Shown here one piece after another: positions 62,801 to 64,000 of a stretch of 64,000 nucleotides of DNA. A program made the translations under genes and the position numbers. This DNA is from Hormiphora californensis. Lineage: Eukaryota > Animalia > Ctenophora. The notes beneath the pieces are model-generated. The model was not told where the DNA came from, ran no database searches, and saw nothing but the letters and a program-made list of their open reading frames with translations. The stretch's first letter is position 1. Every line of letters begins with the position of its first letter. The DNA is taken from the NCBI GenBank assembly GCA_020137815.1, contig CM035359.1, positions 186,001 through 250,000 on the forward strand, read 5' to 3'.

Positions 62801-63499
62801 TCAAGCACACACGGAGAGGAAAAGCGAATTTTATGTGCAATGCACATGGCAAGGGGAAGGGCGCTAAGAAAGTGTGTAATTTCACTTTCCTGCAGTACCC
62901 ATTTTCACACATGACTGCGACAAGAGAGAGAGAGGGAGTGAGGGGTGACGGAACTAGAATCAGGCCTGAATCAAAGCAACATTCCCCGCGCTGACATACA
63001 AAACCAGCTGCATTTAATAGGCACTCTGAGTTAAAGTGTCTGAGTTAAAGTGTCTGAGTTAAAGCGGCTGTGTAACACTGAGATCACCTGGTGGGATATA
63101 AAATAGAGAAACACACTGACTGGGGCCAGCTGCAGGAGTGAGACGAAGAAGGTAGATCACGCCGCATAGTAACACCTGGATCGGATGTCACATAAATGTG
63201 TGCAGTGCCCAACTTTATGTGGAGGCCCTTGGCCAACATGTATGTTATAGCTCCCCCTATTACGGGGGTCAATCATGTGGCTGCAGAGTTTAACATCTGT
63301 CAAACCGTGGACACAGACATGGCGTGTAATACAGGGAGTGACACTGACAAATGTTAGCGCGGGCCGACATCTCAAAAAAAGTAGAAAAAAAGGTACTAAT
63401 CCAAATGTTACACTTTACAGCCTACCAACCAATTATTTACCAACCTGGAATCCCATTGCCCAACTCCCCAACTCCCATAGAATTCCCTCATAAAATTGC

Positions 63500-63650
63500 C
63501 CTTAATCCCACAGAAACAACTGACCTGGAAACTGAGCCACTCTCATAGCCCTAAATCCCACAGAAACAACTGACCTGGAAACTGAGCCACTCTCATAGCC
63601 CTAAATCCCACAAAAACAACTGACCTGGAAACTGAGCCGCTCTCATAGCC
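63500..63650. repeat. 50-bp tandem repeat (3 copies) containing a minus-strand donor (TCCAG|GTCAGT) plus 26 nt of exon
   Basis: Unit ctaaatcccacagaaacaactgacctggaaactgagcc(a/g)ctctcatagcc. Confidence 0.88.
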
Positions 63651-63728
63651 GTTGTCACTGGTAACCATGCGTTCTCGTTCCCCTGGTACTAACGGCCGGA
63701 TTGTTGCTGTTCTCATTCCTTTTCTTCC
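63625..63728 (-). other. Probable exon (GRKGMRTATIRPLVPGERERMVTSDNGYESGSVSR), possibly an upstream or alternative 5' exon of the TRP gene
   Basis: Acceptor ttttcttgcag at 63729 and donor GTCAGT at 63624; open frame ending in phase 2, the phase required by TRP exon 56677. Confidence 0.4.
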
Positions 63729-64000
63729 CTGCAAGAAAACATAGCTGTAGCTATCAGAAGAATAGAAAGAATATATGCTATTCATCAGAAGAATAGCAGA
63801 ATTATAGCTCAGAATTACACATACTGTCGACCTCTGTCACCACGCCCCGTTATAGACCATGACAGAGAAGGGTTGGTAATGAAGTTACCCCTCGCTTGCC
63901 GGCGCGCAAGTGTGAGGTGCGCTGCGTGCAGCGTGCGAGTGTGAGGCGCCTGAGTGTGAGGTGTCTTCTTGGCATGTACAGGGGATAGCGCGACGTGCCC

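Overview
Eukaryotic, intron-rich animal DNA. It is most likely from a ctenophore, judging by the style of the innexin sequences; this is inference from recalled family sequences, not a search. Splicing the exons by hand gives: (1) two tandem minus-strand innexin genes, one running off the left edge and one complete at 10886-16273; (2) a small plus-strand single-TM gene of unknown family between them; (3) a 3.7-kb foldback (giant palindromic) transposon; (4) a complete SNAP-25 gene (20679-31090, minus) with a two-domain F-type lectin gene nested antisense in one intron; (5) a long, divergent TRPC-like ankyrin channel gene (32528-57259, minus). One ~9.8-kb intron of the TRP gene holds four antisense paralogues encoding secreted, extremely Lys/Arg/Ala-rich repeat proteins of no family I recognise. 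Many MITEs (TA, TTAA, 3-bp and 8-bp target duplications) and microsatellites fill the introns. The most striking window-wide pattern is that at least 14 tandem repeats are amplified copies of a real exon-intron junction (splice site plus adjacent exon codons) that extend into the intron. One such array has about 42 copies whose 65-nt unit itself looks like a complete GT...CTAAC...AG mini-intron.
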